This document shows, piece after piece, positions 1 to 7,869 of a DNA stretch of 19,686 bases. The first letter of the stretch is position 1. Each line of letters opens with the position of its first letter. Source of the DNA: a virus; the IMG/VR virus record IMGVR_UViG_3300022486_000016, positions 1 through 19,686 of that record. One strand, written 5' to 3'. The notes under the pieces were generated by a model that saw nothing but the letters and a program-made list of their open reading frames with translations, had not been told where the DNA came from and made no database searches. Made by a program: the position numbers and the translations under genes.

Positions 1-169
1 GGGCTGTAGAAGCGGAAATCGGTTCCCCTCGATAGTCCTGAAATCGTATATCAATTTTTTAAAATTATACCGTGTCTTAAAATCGACTCATTAAAAATTT
101 TGATGTCTATGCTTAGGCGCTTACATGGTCGCGCATATGATGGCGCATAAATAAACGATGGTCTTACGC

Positions 170-198
170 TTGACAATATAGCTAAACGGTGTTATACT
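170..198 (+). promoter_or_regulatory. Early promoter in ITR-L (distal)
   Basis: TTGACA (170-175), 17-nt spacer, TGt extended -10, TATACT (193-198). Near-perfect SigA/sigma70 consensus, directed inward. Confidence 0.75.
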
Positions 199-255
199 TA
201 TATTAGAAATAAGGGATAGCTACTTTAATTATTTGAAATGACTAAGATAAAACGT

Positions 256-284
256 TTGACAAAATGATTGAGGTGTGCTATACT
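256..284 (+). promoter_or_regulatory. Early promoter in ITR-L (proximal)
   Basis: TTGACA (256-261), 17-nt spacer, TGc extended -10, TATACT (279-284). The downstream TATACTTATAGTAAAG is shared with the internal promoter at 18902..18930. Confidence 0.75.
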
Positions 285-335
285 TATAGTAAAGAATATG
301 AAAGGGCTAACTAAAGTTAGCTATGGTTTAATATT

Positions 336-677
336 ATGCTTACAGCTGAACAATTTAACTGGATGTACCAAGATTACAAAACAGACGACGAATTTGTTTA
401 TGAGATGCGTTATGTTAAGGTTTGCGGAGTTACTTACGTAACGAGTATTACAAAAAGCGTAGGTAGTATGGTAGATTACATGAATGACGACTACTGGGAC
501 GGACAAGTTAAAGACGTGTACGATAACTGTTGTTGGAAAGAACATGACAGCACATTTACCGCTACTTACGCGCTAATGACGACCAAGGCTTTTAACACTG
601 GACGCACGCGTAAAAGCTTTAATGCTACTACTGCTTTTTTAGAAAAGCTACCGTTAGACGAAAAAGTAGAATTGTGA
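336..677 (+). CDS. Early protein, unknown function (113 aa, acidic, rich in Tyr/Trp/Asp)
   Basis: First ORF downstream of the ITR-L promoters. An in-frame stop at 318-320 prevents upstream extension. The SD is weak and a GCTAAC-TAAA-GTTAGC hairpin (306-321) lies just upstream. I recognise no family. Confidence 0.6.
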   Translation: MLTAEQFNWMYQDYKTDDEFVYEMRYVKVCGVTYVTSITKSVGSMVDYMNDDYWDGQVKDVYDNCCWKEHDSTFTATYALMTTKAFNTGRTRKSFNATTAFLEKLPLDEKVEL

Positions 678-687
678 GGTGACGATG

Positions 688-1077
688 ATGAAAAGTTATT
701 ACATTACTTATTACAGCTATAAAAAAGACTTAGCGCAATATTGTAGCACAAAGGTTGAGGCTTGCACGTACTTAGCGAATCACGCTGACAAGCTTTGGCG
801 TGAGGTGTTTGAAAGCGGTGCATACGGTGGCGATCATTTCGCAGAGCGAGCAGATACAGAGCTCGAGAACTTTCGCACGATTTTTCTGGACTGCGCAAAA
901 GGTGAGCGAGACGTAAACGAGGTGCTCGCGGTTTTGGACTGCGAGGCGTTGAGCGTTAACGTCGTGACGGCTGATCCAAAAAACATTTTATATAATGATT
1001 TGGTAAGCGATGTGCGACGCGGTGTGACAAAAGTTGTGAAAGATATAGCAAAGGAGTTGACAGACGATGAAATTTAA
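688..1077 (+). CDS. Early protein, unknown function (about 129 aa)
   Basis: The ORF track starts at GTG 679. I prefer ATG 688 (ATG 685 is also possible) because GAGGTG (676-681) gives sensible SD spacing. It is tightly coupled to the upstream stop at 675-677. I recognise no motifs. Confidence 0.65.
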   Translation: MKSYYITYYSYKKDLAQYCSTKVEACTYLANHADKLWREVFESGAYGGDHFAERADTELENFRTIFLDCAKGERDVNEVLAVLDCEALSVNVVTADPKNILYNDLVSDVRRGVTKVVKDIAKELTDDEI

Positions 1078-1417
1078 AAGCGGTAAATATTACGTGGTGA
1101 TGGAATACACTTACGACGGCAACAAGCTAACAAATATTAAACGTGTAAGCGAACTGGTAAGCGCAATGACTGCGAGCGATTATGAGGACTTACTTATTTA
1201 TAAAGGTGAGCTTAAGCAAAAGGCTGAGTTTAACTTTAACGCTTACAAAGACACGGCAGGGCGTACACGTCTCGCAATTTACGAGACGGACGACGAAGGC
1301 TACGACGCGAAAGGATGCGCGGTTATTGTTGGTACGACTGGTAAAAATAGCGTACTGCTACGACGCTTTATAACAAGCGACGAAGGTCGTCCGCAAATTG
1401 ACGAATTGGAGGTTTAG
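1067..1417 (+). CDS. Early protein, unknown function (116 aa)
   Basis: ATG 1067 follows AAGGAG (1051-1056) and overlaps the end of the previous ORF. I recognise no family. Confidence 0.65.
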   Translation: MKFKSGKYYVVMEYTYDGNKLTNIKRVSELVSAMTASDYEDLLIYKGELKQKAEFNFNAYKDTAGRTRLAIYETDDEGYDAKGCAVIVGTTGKNSVLLRRFITSDEGRPQIDELEV

Positions 1418-1421
1418 TATT

Positions 1422-1493
1422 ATGCTACTAAGTGTATTAGCCTGTGATTTGATGCGCTGGATGTTAGATATGGTATTACAATACGGAAAATAA
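1422..1493 (+). CDS. Candidate micro-ORF, 23 aa (MLLSVLACDLMRWMLDMVLQYGK)
   Basis: Too short for the ORF track. GGAGG (1408-1412) sits 9 nt upstream of ATG 1422, and the TAA stop (1491-1493) is directly before the terminator stem. The peptide is hydrophobic/amphipathic. Confidence 0.4.
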   Translation: MLLSVLACDLMRWMLDMVLQYGK

Positions 1494-1494
1494 G

Positions 1495-1520
1495 AAAAAG
1501 AGCCATGACGGCTCTTTTTT
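1495..1520. terminator. Bidirectional intrinsic terminator between the convergent left early and late transcription units
   Basis: AAAAAGAGCC-atgac-GGCTCTTTTT: a GC core stem flanked by an A-run and a T-run, so a U-tract follows the hairpin on either strand. It lies between the + strand ORF end (1493) and the - strand endolysin stop (1544). Confidence 0.75.
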
Positions 1521-1543
1521 GCTTTTGTTTAAGCTTTGTGTTA

Positions 1544-2866
1544 TTATTGCTGTGGCGCATTTACGCCAGTCGCTTTTAGGTCTTCAATTTGTTTGACAAC
1601 GTCCGCTGATGCGTCTTTAAGCGCTTTAGCTACGTCCGAGCTAGATGCGCGTGAGTCGATAAAGCGTCCGAAGTCTGCGTCGTTAAGGTTGAGGTGTTTA
1701 GCTCCTGCGGCTTGTAATTGAAGTACCGTGTCCATGTCTCCAATTCCGAAAACGCGGTCATTTACTACTGCTACGTACCCGCTGTCTCCCGTGTGGTTGC
1801 GTGCTACAAAGTCTGTCATGTTGTTTTCCTCCGTTTGTGTATTAATAATATCTGTGTCATCTGTTAGAAAAATTGATTTGTCGAGTCCGCCTGCGATGGC
1901 TGTTGACGTAAATTGCCACGCGATTTGTCCGCTCATATCTGGATTTAGAGGCCAATATGGCTCGGGCGTTATATCATAATTTGGATATGCTGCAATCCAT
2001 AAGCAAGACCCAAAGGTTGCTGTGATTCGATCCGCGTCGACGTTTGCGAGCGTGTAAGGCTTGTATGAGTAATACAGTGGCTTGTAACCAGCGTCCTTAC
2101 AACGTTGCATAAAGTGAATGACTGCTTCCGTGTTTGCGTTTTTGTCTCCGCTTGCGTCGTCCTCATAGTCACATACAAGATATTTGACGTTTGGATATGG
2201 CAAGTTTGACAAAAAGTGTGAGGCTTCTGCGTCCGCTTGCGCTACTGATCCGCCAAAGCGTGCGAAATGATAGTAACCGATAGCGTTTGAGGTTTGCACT
2301 TGTTGCGATGCAACTGGACTAGTCCAGCCCGTGCCTTCGGTTGTTTTGATAATTGTGTCGCGTGTTCCTGCTTGCTCACAAATTCCGCTGAGGTCGCCTG
2401 GTTGGTATGCGCTGACATCCAAAAAATATTTATTTGTACGCTGTGCGCTTGTTTGCGTCAAGCCTTTACGCCTAAAAGCCGTCGGGTAAGTTGCGTCATA
2501 CGGCAATTGTACGATATTGTACACGCCGTCAGGTGCTCCTTGATTTTGCCCGAAAAAGTTGCCGTAGCCGTTGCCCGCGTCGCTGTCAAAAATGGCGACA
2601 TGGCTCACGGGCGTTGCGGGGTGAATTTTGAAAATTGCAATGTCGCCTGGTTGCATGACTTCCACTTCGTCGAAGTTGTCAAGCATGCCGTTTTCATGGC
2701 GCTGTTCCCAGATGTCTTTAGCGTAGCCACTGGCGGTACAGTTTGCATACGGTACGCCCAAATACTGACAATAGTCCGCGTAGCCATCCCAGCACTGATT
2801 CCCGTACCATCCGTCGACATCTACGCCAAGGGACATATGAGAATTTTTATAATCTTGGTAACTCAT
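1544..2866 (-). CDS. Endolysin: N-terminal CHAP, central GH25 muramidase, unrecognised C-terminal domain of about 90 aa
   Basis: CHAP signature: NQCWDG Cys, SHVAIF His. GH25 signature: FLDVSAYQ, CDYEDD, GGLDKSIF. AGGAGG SD before ATG 2866. It is the last gene of the late operon, just after the holin. Confidence 0.9.
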   Translation of the reverse strand: MSYQDYKNSHMSLGVDVDGWYGNQCWDGYADYCQYLGVPYANCTASGYAKDIWEQRHENGMLDNFDEVEVMQPGDIAIFKIHPATPVSHVAIFDSDAGNGYGNFFGQNQGAPDGVYNIVQLPYDATYPTAFRRKGLTQTSAQRTNKYFLDVSAYQPGDLSGICEQAGTRDTIIKTTEGTGWTSPVASQQVQTSNAIGYYHFARFGGSVAQADAEASHFLSNLPYPNVKYLVCDYEDDASGDKNANTEAVIHFMQRCKDAGYKPLYYSYKPYTLANVDADRITATFGSCLWIAAYPNYDITPEPYWPLNPDMSGQIAWQFTSTAIAGGLDKSIFLTDDTDIINTQTEENNMTDFVARNHTGDSGYVAVVNDRVFGIGDMDTVLQLQAAGAKHLNLNDADFGRFIDSRASSSDVAKALKDASADVVKQIEDLKATGVNAPQQ

Positions 2867-2870
2867 TCTT

Positions 2871-3257
2871 TTAGTCCTCCTTTGTCTTTAATTTGTTTTC
2901 GTAGCGTTCGATCTCAGCTTGGATTTTAGCTTGTAAGAATTTAGGTGTAATAACGCCCATTACACCGAGATTCTCAACGATTGATAAAGCGTAATTAAGC
3001 AAGCTATAGACAACAAGCGTAATGCCAAGCGTCGACATGTCAAAGTCAATTGCTAGACCATAAGCAAAGACATAAACGAGCAAAGTTGTCAAGTGTTTCA
3101 AGAGTCCTTTAACACCGACAGCGCTGTCGGTGACTTTCCAGACGTAGCTTTTTGCGTAACCTGTTGCGATGTCAATCGCGATGACAATTGTAAGCAATGC
3201 TGTCCAGTCGCTTTGAGCTGCTTTAAGTAGCGCTCCATAGAGTTGATGTTCTACCAT
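2871..3257 (-). CDS. Holin (phage_holin_4 / TcdE-like type, 128 aa)
   Basis: Small membrane protein with hydrophobic segments (LLTIVIAIDIATGY, LTTLLVYVFAYGLAI, LGITLVVYSLLNYAL) and a charged C-terminus. GAAAGGAGG SD. Sits directly upstream of the endolysin. Confidence 0.8.
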   Translation of the reverse strand: MVEHQLYGALLKAAQSDWTALLTIVIAIDIATGYAKSYVWKVTDSAVGVKGLLKHLTTLLVYVFAYGLAIDFDMSTLGITLVVYSLLNYALSIVENLGVMGVITPKFLQAKIQAEIERYENKLKTKED

Positions 3258-3278
3258 GTTTTCTCACCTCCTTTCTAG

Positions 3279-4358
3279 TCATAGTATTTTAGATATGAGA
3301 GATAACATGTAATTTTTTGCCTCAGCGTTTTCATACCAAATGCAATTTTTTAAATAGCATTGTCTGAGTGTCCACGCGAGATCCGAGCTTCTGTCCATGT
3401 AAATAAGTCCGTTCTCAGATTCCGCTGGGTCTACGCTGTAAATGTCGCGGTGTTTGTCATAGCCTACTTTGACGTAAACAAGACCGTTACAACTGTAACA
3501 AGAGAGCGTGATGCCGTCTATGTACAGCGAATAAAGATAAGTCTTGTCACCCTTGAGCTTCCCGATATTTTTTCCTCGGTCGACTTGAAATTTATTATTT
3601 GCTACTGAGTCGTAAATCTTTGAATCCTTGATAAGATGGTAAATGTCGTCATCCGACGAGCCGTCGAAGGGTTGATTCGGTGGAAACTCAATCAGGATGC
3701 GTCGGTCTTTTAGATTGTAAAAGCGTCGGTCTGTGTTTTCGTAAAACTTGAAATAAGCGAAATATGGATTATTAATATTCGCAGCATTTGACAAGAGGTA
3801 GACGTGGCAGTTTTTACGCTGACGAAATACCGAAATGAGCAGATTTAGAAAAGCCTCTACTTCATTTTTTAAATAGCGCTTATTAGAGCTTGTGTCGATT
3901 AAAACTTCATCAAACATTATAAAGAAAACGTTATCATATTCTGAACCTTTGAGGTTTACCCACGTGCTTAAAGATTTTAAGTAAATGACTACGCGTCCGT
4001 TTAGCATAATTTTACCGCTCGTTATAATAAACTCGCCGTCTTCGTAGCCTTCAAGCGTTGACGTAAATGTTATCTTAGTCTGTGTTCGCGATACGTTCAC
4101 TTCTGCTTCTTCATATCCTGGAAAGATTTGTTCTAACATAATTCGCGGAAAAAAGCTTTCTTTGTCAATACCATCTAACTCTGTTTTATTTCTCCGCAAA
4201 TAGAGTGATTGTTTCCCGTTCTTCACGAACTGTTGTAACAGGTATTTTTTCATGGCGAAAGTCTTTCCGATGTCACGTCCACCAATAACAAAATTTAAGA
4301 ATTGATTATAAGAGAGCATTTTCTGTGGATTGTACCACTCTTTTTTATGTTGTTCCAT
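3279..4358 (-). CDS. DNA encapsidation ATPase (phi29 gp16-like)
   Basis: Walker A GGRDIGKT and Walker B FFIMFDEV. At 359 aa its size is close to phi29 gp16. AAGGAGG SD. Confidence 0.85.
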   Translation of the reverse strand: MEQHKKEWYNPQKMLSYNQFLNFVIGGRDIGKTFAMKKYLLQQFVKNGKQSLYLRRNKTELDGIDKESFFPRIMLEQIFPGYEEAEVNVSRTQTKITFTSTLEGYEDGEFIITSGKIMLNGRVVIYLKSLSTWVNLKGSEYDNVFFIMFDEVLIDTSSNKRYLKNEVEAFLNLLISVFRQRKNCHVYLLSNAANINNPYFAYFKFYENTDRRFYNLKDRRILIEFPPNQPFDGSSDDDIYHLIKDSKIYDSVANNKFQVDRGKNIGKLKGDKTYLYSLYIDGITLSCYSCNGLVYVKVGYDKHRDIYSVDPAESENGLIYMDRSSDLAWTLRQCYLKNCIWYENAEAKNYMLSLISKIL

Positions 4359-4374
4359 GCATGCTCATACCTCC

Positions 4375-7300
4375 TTAATCAAAGTTTCGATAACTGTCCA
4401 AAACGGCTTGGTCGTCCGCGCGGTTAGGGTTTGGCGTGTAAATATCAAACGGCTTAGGCTTAGTATAGTCAAGATATTTAGCTTCCCAGATTCGCACGCC
4501 ACTCGCTAAAATATTTTTAATCATGGCTAAGTCAGATTGTGGCGCTTCAAGTCCGCTCACGTCAGCGCTTGTAAGTTTGATATAATTAAACGCTCGACGG
4601 TTGTAAGCATATTTCAAAACGTCGTTCGATTCGGTTTGATAGATATATCCGTATAAGTGCATATATGTGAGAACAGTTTTGAGTTGCTCTGGATATGGAA
4701 AACGAATGCGGATAAAAAGTCCTTGTTGATAGTTTGATGTTTGGAAGCTAATGTCATTACCCATCTGTTGGATCGAGTCAGGTTGGTTTTGTAAGTCCGT
4801 CATCGTTGCGTTAAATGCGCGGATTTGTTGATCAATTGCCGTTTTAGCTTGCAAGTTTGCGAGCGCTGTACTTTGACTACGTAATTCGTTTTCGTCCTGT
4901 GCAAAAGAGCGATTTACTTTCGCGTTTGTAACGTCCATGAGAGACTGTTGGACGTTGTAATATCCGTTCATTCCAGCTTTTGCGGTGTTGCTGGCTGTTG
5001 ACATAAACTTACCGAGATACGTTTCATCTTTTTTTAACGGACTGAAAATATCGAGAGCGTTTGTCGCTACGTCTACTGTAGCCATGACTCCAGCTTTTCC
5101 ACGCTTGAAAACGCTTTGATCCACGGCAAAATTAGCGCCGTAAATATTTTTGTCATTCGCAAATGACGTCTGGCGGTTATTCATGTCCGCTTGTTGTCTT
5201 TGGAGTGATGCGTTTTCGTTAAAACTTGCCTGTTGCGCCTTAATCTGTGCCGCGTGTCCTTGAATATAAGTCGCGGTAGCGTCGTCCAAAATCGTCAAGT
5301 TTTTACCAGTCGTGTCAAAAATTCCGTATTGCATAATATCCCACTTGGATATAATGTTTTCATCCGCTTTAGCTTTGATTTTAAAGGTTTTATTGTTTTG
5401 GTCTACAATATTATGAGTATGCCCGTAAGCGACTAAGCCTGCAAAATTGTAATTCTGATCTCCTACTGAGCCTAAAAGCATAATGGCTGATTTATTGTAG
5501 TACTTACCGTCTTCGGTCTGAAGATTGTTCAACAATTCCAGCTGATAAGCGTATGTGTTCCCGTAATAATCGTAAAGTTCCACGTCGATAAGTTCGGAAA
5601 TGAGAAGCAATTGATTCGCCATGTGAACGAAACGTTCACCAAGTGTATCTTTAATATACGCTTTTAAGCGTTTTAAGATCTTTGGTTTAAGCTCGTCAAT
5701 CTCGATAAATTTAGGCGCTGCTTTTGGATGCTCGACAATTTTAACAATATAAGCTGCACTATTTGCGCCTCCTGAACCGTCACCGCCTGAGGCGTCACCG
5801 ACTACGTCAGGATTAATCTTACCGCCTGCGAGTACGTCTGGTGGTATGCAAATACTAGAGAGAGCGTCTGCGTGTACGTGCGTGACGACGTGATCGAGCG
5901 TATAGCCGTTGTTACCGTAGTTTTGCTCCACGGTGTGTAAGCTGTGTCCGTCGTAACTAATACAGATCCCCGTGTGTCCTGCTCCACCTGTAACTGTTGG
6001 GCCATAGTTTGGTTTATAGTTAATCATGCAACCTGCGGCATTTTTAAAATCTTCCTCGGATGGGTTAAATTTTACACCCCATCCGCACGATTTCCAATCG
6101 TAGGCGCTACCGATGGCGTAGGCGTTATAAGTGTCACCTATTTGTTTGTACAAATTCCCAACACCTGCACCGAGTCCAGGCGCATCAACGCCAAACTCGC
6201 GGAAGCATTGACAATAATAAGACGAAAGGGCGTAACATTGCCCGTTACCCACGCTTTTATTCGCCATAGCTTTTACTTTTGCGATTACTTTTTCGGTAAC
6301 TTCTGCAGGTTTTGGCGCTGATGTTGTCTTATTGTCCGCGTTTTTTCCTGCGTTGCTGTTATTACTTGCGTCATTAATCACGGCTTTTACAATTGGAACA
6401 AAGCTTTCCGCATACGCTCGACGCTTATCAGCAACTGGAATCCCTGCACGTTCCCAACGTGTCACGAATACATCAGATAAATTTCCTGCGCTGTCATTTC
6501 CTGAAAGGACTGCTTTAGCTGTTTCAGATTCGCCTGGCTCGTTCAAGAGCCAGCCTACTTGCGCTTCTATAGTGTGTTCAGAAATTCCTTTCGAGTGCGC
6601 ATAGTTTCTGAGTCCTTGCGCACGTGTGCTCGTCCACTGCCAAAGTCCAAGACCTGCCGCAACATCGATCGTATAATCCATAGAGCTTTCTTGTTTTGCG
6701 TTTCCTAAAAGTGCGGCGATACCGTTCACAGTCGCAGGTGGATAATTTGCTTTAATGGTTTTGGCGATACGTTCCGCGATTTCTTTTTCACTTCCTGTTG
6801 GGCCTCCAACGGTTACGAGATCCCCCGAACCTCCTGACGGTGCGGCGCTTGATTGACGCCCAACGCCCACAACGTTGAAAATATCGCCATCCGCTTTTTT
6901 AATCTTGACAACGCTTCCGTCATAGTCATAGTCAATACCTAAATAGCGACTATAATACATATTTACAATATTATTAGTCGCAATGTGTTGAGCGTCCGCG
7001 GTGTTGTCTTTTGTTGGACTAATATGTTTACCGCCAACGGTAATCCCAAAGCACTCAAGCAAAATTGTGACAATTGGTTTAGGTGGGTATGTTTGACCAT
7101 CTAGCTCAAACTGTTTCGTCATTTTTCCTGCAATTTCAACAGGTACAAAATAGTATTTTAAACTTTTTTGAGTACCTGAAAATGACATGTCTGAAGCAGG
7201 TGTTCCAGCTTCTCCCTTAAATTTAAACTCTGGCTTAGCTACAATGACAAGCCAATCAACTAAGTTAGCGCCTACGTCATAAATTTCTTCCGTCGCTTTT

Positions 7301-7764
7301 GATCCTACGTTAAAACCTTGCGTGTTCGTGTGTCGTGCTCTGAAATTCTTGTCGTCGCTTGGCAAATATGGCAAATACTGAGCAATAGTTCCGCTGACTT
7401 GCGTATTTTTATTAAAGAGCATGGGTTGATAAGTGTTCCATATATCCAACTCGTAAATAATTTTAGTCGTATTCTCGTTAATGTAAGCGATGTCGTAAAC
7501 GAACGCGTAATACTCTTTACCAGCGTTTTTAAAAAACATGTAAGTCGCTGTCTCAAATTGTTCCTGACGTCCGCTTACGTAGATTTCACCCGTGCGTGAA
7601 ATAAACTGAAAATTATCAGATTCGTAAATCTTTTTAAGATGCGGTGAATCGGTATCAAAATATTTTTGCATCTCAGCGCGATTGTCAAAGTGAATGACGT
7701 TCGCGTAATCGCTACGAAATGGCGATTTTGAGTAAAGTTTAATTTTAGTTGTTTCTTTAACCAA
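4375..7764 (-). CDS. Tail knob protein (phi29 gp9-like N- and C-terminal parts) with an internal lysozyme-like + CHAP peptidoglycan hydrolase cassette, 1129 aa
   Basis: The N-terminus (SPFRSDYANV...YYAFVYDI...ELDIWNTYQ) resembles the phi29 gp9 N-terminus. Residues ~325-460 (LLGNAKQESS...GLGLWQWT...RWERAG) resemble the phage tail lysozyme family. Residues ~500-625 are CHAP-like (GNGQCYAL Cys, GAGHTGI His, EQNYG). Gly-rich linkers flank the cassette. TTG start at 7764, with AAAGGA 11 nt upstream. Confidence 0.8.
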   Translation of the reverse strand: MVKETTKIKLYSKSPFRSDYANVIHFDNRAEMQKYFDTDSPHLKKIYESDNFQFISRTGEIYVSGRQEQFETATYMFFKNAGKEYYAFVYDIAYINENTTKIIYELDIWNTYQPMLFNKNTQVSGTIAQYLPYLPSDDKNFRARHTNTQGFNVGSKATEEIYDVGANLVDWLVIVAKPEFKFKGEAGTPASDMSFSGTQKSLKYYFVPVEIAGKMTKQFELDGQTYPPKPIVTILLECFGITVGGKHISPTKDNTADAQHIATNNIVNMYYSRYLGIDYDYDGSVVKIKKADGDIFNVVGVGRQSSAAPSGGSGDLVTVGGPTGSEKEIAERIAKTIKANYPPATVNGIAALLGNAKQESSMDYTIDVAAGLGLWQWTSTRAQGLRNYAHSKGISEHTIEAQVGWLLNEPGESETAKAVLSGNDSAGNLSDVFVTRWERAGIPVADKRRAYAESFVPIVKAVINDASNNSNAGKNADNKTTSAPKPAEVTEKVIAKVKAMANKSVGNGQCYALSSYYCQCFREFGVDAPGLGAGVGNLYKQIGDTYNAYAIGSAYDWKSCGWGVKFNPSEEDFKNAAGCMINYKPNYGPTVTGGAGHTGICISYDGHSLHTVEQNYGNNGYTLDHVVTHVHADALSSICIPPDVLAGGKINPDVVGDASGGDGSGGANSAAYIVKIVEHPKAAPKFIEIDELKPKILKRLKAYIKDTLGERFVHMANQLLLISELIDVELYDYYGNTYAYQLELLNNLQTEDGKYYNKSAIMLLGSVGDQNYNFAGLVAYGHTHNIVDQNNKTFKIKAKADENIISKWDIMQYGIFDTTGKNLTILDDATATYIQGHAAQIKAQQASFNENASLQRQQADMNNRQTSFANDKNIYGANFAVDQSVFKRGKAGVMATVDVATNALDIFSPLKKDETYLGKFMSTASNTAKAGMNGYYNVQQSLMDVTNAKVNRSFAQDENELRSQSTALANLQAKTAIDQQIRAFNATMTDLQNQPDSIQQMGNDISFQTSNYQQGLFIRIRFPYPEQLKTVLTYMHLYGYIYQTESNDVLKYAYNRRAFNYIKLTSADVSGLEAPQSDLAMIKNILASGVRIWEAKYLDYTKPKPFDIYTPNPNRADDQAVLDSYRNFD

Positions 7765-7792
7765 GTTTTGAAAGTTCCTTTCTAGCTAACAT

Positions 7793-7827
7793 ATAAAAAT
7801 AGTGTTAGCTTTTTAACTAACACTATT
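7793..7827 (-). terminator. Candidate partial intrinsic terminator/attenuator inside the late operon
   Basis: An 11-bp perfect stem, AATAGTGTTAG (7798-7808) / CTAACACTATT (7817-7827), with an 8-nt loop. On the - strand RNA it is followed by UUUAUAU. The stem is AU-rich, so the call is marginal. Confidence 0.4.
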
Positions 7828-7869
7828 ATATCATACTTTGTACTATTGCGCTAGTACAAGTATCTTTTT

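Larger units (their letters stand above)
1..305. repeat. Left inverted terminal repeat (ITR-L), 305 bp, genome terminus
   Basis: 1..305 is the exact reverse complement of 19382..19686; all segments I checked by hand matched. Identity ends at 305/19382 (306 g versus complement of 19381 = a). The terminus begins 5'-GGGCTG. The repeat reaches the window edge, as expected for a protein-primed linear genome. Confidence 0.95.

Noticed and set aside
1182-1373. 63-aa + strand ORF nested out of frame within 1067..1417
   Set aside because: It has no SD, it overlaps a better-supported ORF on the same strand, and its composition is Leu/Thr/Arg-rich and low-complexity.
2294-2929. 211-aa + strand ORF antisense to the endolysin. 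Similar long antisense ORFs occur at 5944..6321, 6332..6604, 9484..9843, 9964..10257, 17110..17511, 18089..18403 and 16026..16268.
   Set aside because: All lie fully inside well-supported genes on the opposite strand. They lack SDs and promoters, and their composition is low-complexity or Cys/Ser/Leu-rich, as expected for antisense frames.
7825-7833. TGaTATAAT as a bona fide internal late promoter
   Set aside because: There is no -35 box at 17 nt (TAGCGC). The predicted start also falls inside the adjacent hairpin. I kept it only as part of a finding and did not call it as a feature.
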